Of a DNA stretch of 64,000 nucleotides, positions 61,012 to 64,000 are shown piece after piece. Both the position numbers and the translations under genes were made by a program. The DNA is from an uncultured Chloroflexia bacterium (GTDB taxonomy: Bacteria > Chloroflexota > Limnocylindria > Limnocylindrales > CSP1-4). Numbering within the stretch: position 1 is the first letter of the stretch; the number at the start of each line of letters is the position of its first letter. The notes under the pieces were generated by a model. That model was not told where the DNA came from and ran no database searches. It saw only the letters and a list, made by a program, of their open reading frames with translations. Location of the stretch: contig CAVZTK010000021.1 of the NCBI GenBank assembly GCA_963778155.1, positions 392,245 to 456,244 of the forward strand, read 5' to 3'.

Positions 61012-61256
61012 CGCCGCCCCGCCGCTGACGCCGCCCGCCCGCGACCGTTGACCGGGCCTATATGCGTGGGAGTCTTATCTCGGCGGCATCGGCACCGATA
61101 TGCGAAGCTGCCGAGTCCTGTCCCGGCACCGATCCACGCTCGGGCGGTCTCGTTCGGCACGACATCGGGGCCTTGTCCGCCTCCTAACCCGCGACTTAAG
61201 CGCGGGAGGCATGGCGCCGACCGTATCGAGGACAGGGTGATCGCGAGATCGGGCGG

Positions 61257-61844
61257 TCAGCCCCACTCGTCCCAGTGCGCGAAGTCCTCGAACGGCACCC
61301 AGCCACGCTTGAGGCTCGGCGACCTGACGTCGGGGATCGGCCGGCCGACAGGCATGACTCCGATCGGGGTGAACTCGTCAGGGATCCCAAGGTAGGACCG
61401 TAGGCCGTCGATCTCGGGTCCGATGAACCCGCAGCCGAGCCCTTCGTCGACCGCGGCCAGCATGATCGTCTGCATCGTGGCGCCGATATCGACCCACCAG
61501 AACGGGACCGGCCAGTCGATCTCGGAGCCGTCGTCGCGGACCTTGTCGGCTTCCTGGTAGCGGCGGTGGTAGATCGCTTCGCTGACACACGGGATGAACT
61601 GGGCGGTGCACTCGCTGACCCACGGCCCGAACAATTCGAGCATCTCGTCTTCGCCGCAGATCTGCGCGACCTCGCGGCGGCGTTCCGGGTCGGTCACCAC
61701 GATCAGCCGCTGACCCTGGCTGAACCCCGCCGACGGCGTGCGCTGCGCCAGCCGAGCGATGCGCGCGATGACCTCGGGCCCGACGCCGCCCTCCTCGAAC
61801 CGCCGAACGGCGCGCCGCTTCATGACGACATCACGGAACTCCAC
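61257..61844 (-). CDS. nitroreductase-family protein
   Basis: MEFRDVVMKRRAVRRFEEGGV... is the typical nitroreductase N-terminus; 195 aa, intact. Confidence 0.8.
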   Translation of the reverse strand: MEFRDVVMKRRAVRRFEEGGVGPEVIARIARLAQRTPSAGFSQGQRLIVVTDPERRREVAQICGEDEMLELFGPWVSECTAQFIPCVSEAIYHRRYQEADKVRDDGSEIDWPVPFWWVDIGATMQTIMLAAVDEGLGCGFIGPEIDGLRSYLGIPDEFTPIGVMPVGRPIPDVRSPSLKRGWVPFEDFAHWDEWG

Positions 61845-61882
61845 GGTCCACCTCGATCATGTCGCGATGATGCGACACGGAC

Positions 61883-62368
61883 TCACGATTCGAATTCGTC
61901 GCGGATCGTATCGTCGCCCTGGTCGAAGGTCGAGCCAAGTCCGACCTGACCACGCCAGAGCCCGGGTAGGCGTATCGGCGCATCACCGCCGGCATCGATC
62001 GTCAGGCCGCGCAGTCGAGCCGCGATGTCTGGCACGTCGCGCAAGGAGCCCTCGGCGATCGATGCGACCATGTCGAACGCCTCGTCCTCCGGCATGCGGA
62101 GGTATCGACCGTTCAGCCTGTAGAACAGGCGAACGCTCACCCAGCCGAGTCTCTTGTTGCCGTCGATCAGGGCGTGGCCGGTAACGACCGAGTGGAGGAG
62201 AGCCGCCGCCTTCGTGTCGAGGTCCGGATACGCCTCTGCGCCGAAGACCGTTGCTCGCGTGCGCGCGACGGCTCCCTCCAGGATCCCGATGTCGCGCACC
62301 TCGGGCGGTCTTCCGAGCGTGGCCTCGGCCGCACGGAGGAGGTCGTCGAGATCGAGATGTTCGGTCAC
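61883..62368 (-). CDS. doc: Fic/Doc-family toxin (death-on-curing, Doc)
   Basis: Fic motif HALIDGNKRLG in a 161-aa ORF. Its start overlaps the upstream small antitoxin-like ORF by 4 nt. Confidence 0.85.
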   Translation of the reverse strand: MTEHLDLDDLLRAAEATLGRPPEVRDIGILEGAVARTRATVFGAEAYPDLDTKAAALLHSVVTGHALIDGNKRLGWVSVRLFYRLNGRYLRMPEDEAFDMVASIAEGSLRDVPDIAARLRGLTIDAGGDAPIRLPGLWRGQVGLGSTFDQGDDTIRDEFES

Positions 62369-62565
62369 ATCTCCCCGAGCCGCCGAAGCAACTCGGCGTC
62401 TTCCTGGACGATCTCCGCCAGATAAGCGTCTCGCAGACGGATCCGACGCTTCACGTATTCGTCGATCGCGGTCCGGGCGACGTCCTGCATCGAACGCCGC
62501 TCGCGTCGCGCGGTCTCCCGCAGCGCCTCAGTCTCGGCAGCAGTCAGTCGGAGGGTCATTGGCAT
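62365..62565 (-). CDS. phd: Phd/ribbon-helix-helix-type antitoxin (66 aa)
   Basis: MPMTLRLTAAETEALRETARRERRSMQDVARTAIDEYVKR.. (RHH/CopG-like), immediately upstream of and overlapping doc. Confidence 0.7.
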   Translation of the reverse strand: MPMTLRLTAAETEALRETARRERRSMQDVARTAIDEYVKRRIRLRDAYLAEIVQEDAELLRRLGEM

Positions 62566-62677
62566 GGTTGGATGATACCGCTCGGTATCACAAGGTCAAG
62601 GCTGAACGTTTCGCCGATCCAATTCGACGGCCGAAGGCTCATCCGGTAGCATTGGAAAAACCCCCGGGAGGACCTGA

Positions 62678-64000
<1,323 letters not shown>

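Overview
Coordinates are approximate to within a base or two where a gene spans more than one reading frame.

This 64-kb window is a very high-GC (about 72%) chromosomal segment of actinobacterial type. It is densely packed with housekeeping and energy-metabolism genes; no mobile elements, CRISPR arrays or rRNA were found.

Main content, left to right:
- The tail of an LLM-family flavin oxidoreductase gene, an AlkA-like DNA glycosylase, a saccharopine-dehydrogenase-family protein, and small conserved proteins (cupin DUF985, DUF2277, an F420-type PPOX-family protein).
- fdhD, then a translationally coupled FIST-sensor/adenylate-cyclase pair.
- A nuoE-like/nuoF-like/FdsA-N-terminal (Fe-S only) NAD-formate-dehydrogenase-type operon on the minus strand.
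- A histone-like Lys/Ala-rich protein, a SulP/STAS sulfate permease, DUF2252, a large membrane protein and a secreted two-domain cupredoxin.
- A separate selenocysteine-containing molybdopterin formate-dehydrogenase catalytic-subunit gene, with an in-frame TGA plus an fdhF-type SECIS hairpin.
- A UbiB/ABC1 kinase.
- A complete selenium-utilisation locus: selD, tRNA-Sec (selC), selA, selB, followed by mobA.
- An MBL hydrolase, a SAM methyltransferase, two MFS transporters, an S51 peptidase, an sbcD-like/yhaN-like nuclease-ATPase pair, EamA transporters, a Rieske protein, citrate synthase, an alpha/beta hydrolase and a GNAT acetyltransferase.
- An oxidative pentose-phosphate cluster on the minus strand: tkt, a DoxX-Rieske fusion, rpiB, pgi, gnd, zwf, opcA, pgl.
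- A psuK/psuG pseudouridine-catabolism pair, a HAD hydrolase, a nitroreductase, a phd/doc toxin-antitoxin pair, and the 5' part of pyrG.

Two things stand out:
1. The NAD-type formate dehydrogenase alpha subunit exists as two separately encoded pieces about 9 kb apart: an Fe-S module next to the nuoEF-like genes, and a Sec-containing catalytic module. Their breakpoints are complementary. A full Sec-incorporation machinery (selD, selC, selA, selB), fdhD and mobA lie nearby.
2. The window is riddled with single-base frameshifts, mostly in G/C or homopolymer runs. I count about 30 of them in otherwise well-conserved genes, roughly 0.5 per kb. That strongly suggests indel-type sequencing or assembly errors. 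In the catalytic FDH gene the density is about ten times higher, so that gene may be truly decaying.

Many long ORFs in the six-frame track are antisense or read-through artefacts of the GC bias. Coordinates of frameshifted genes are given from first start to last stop across frames.
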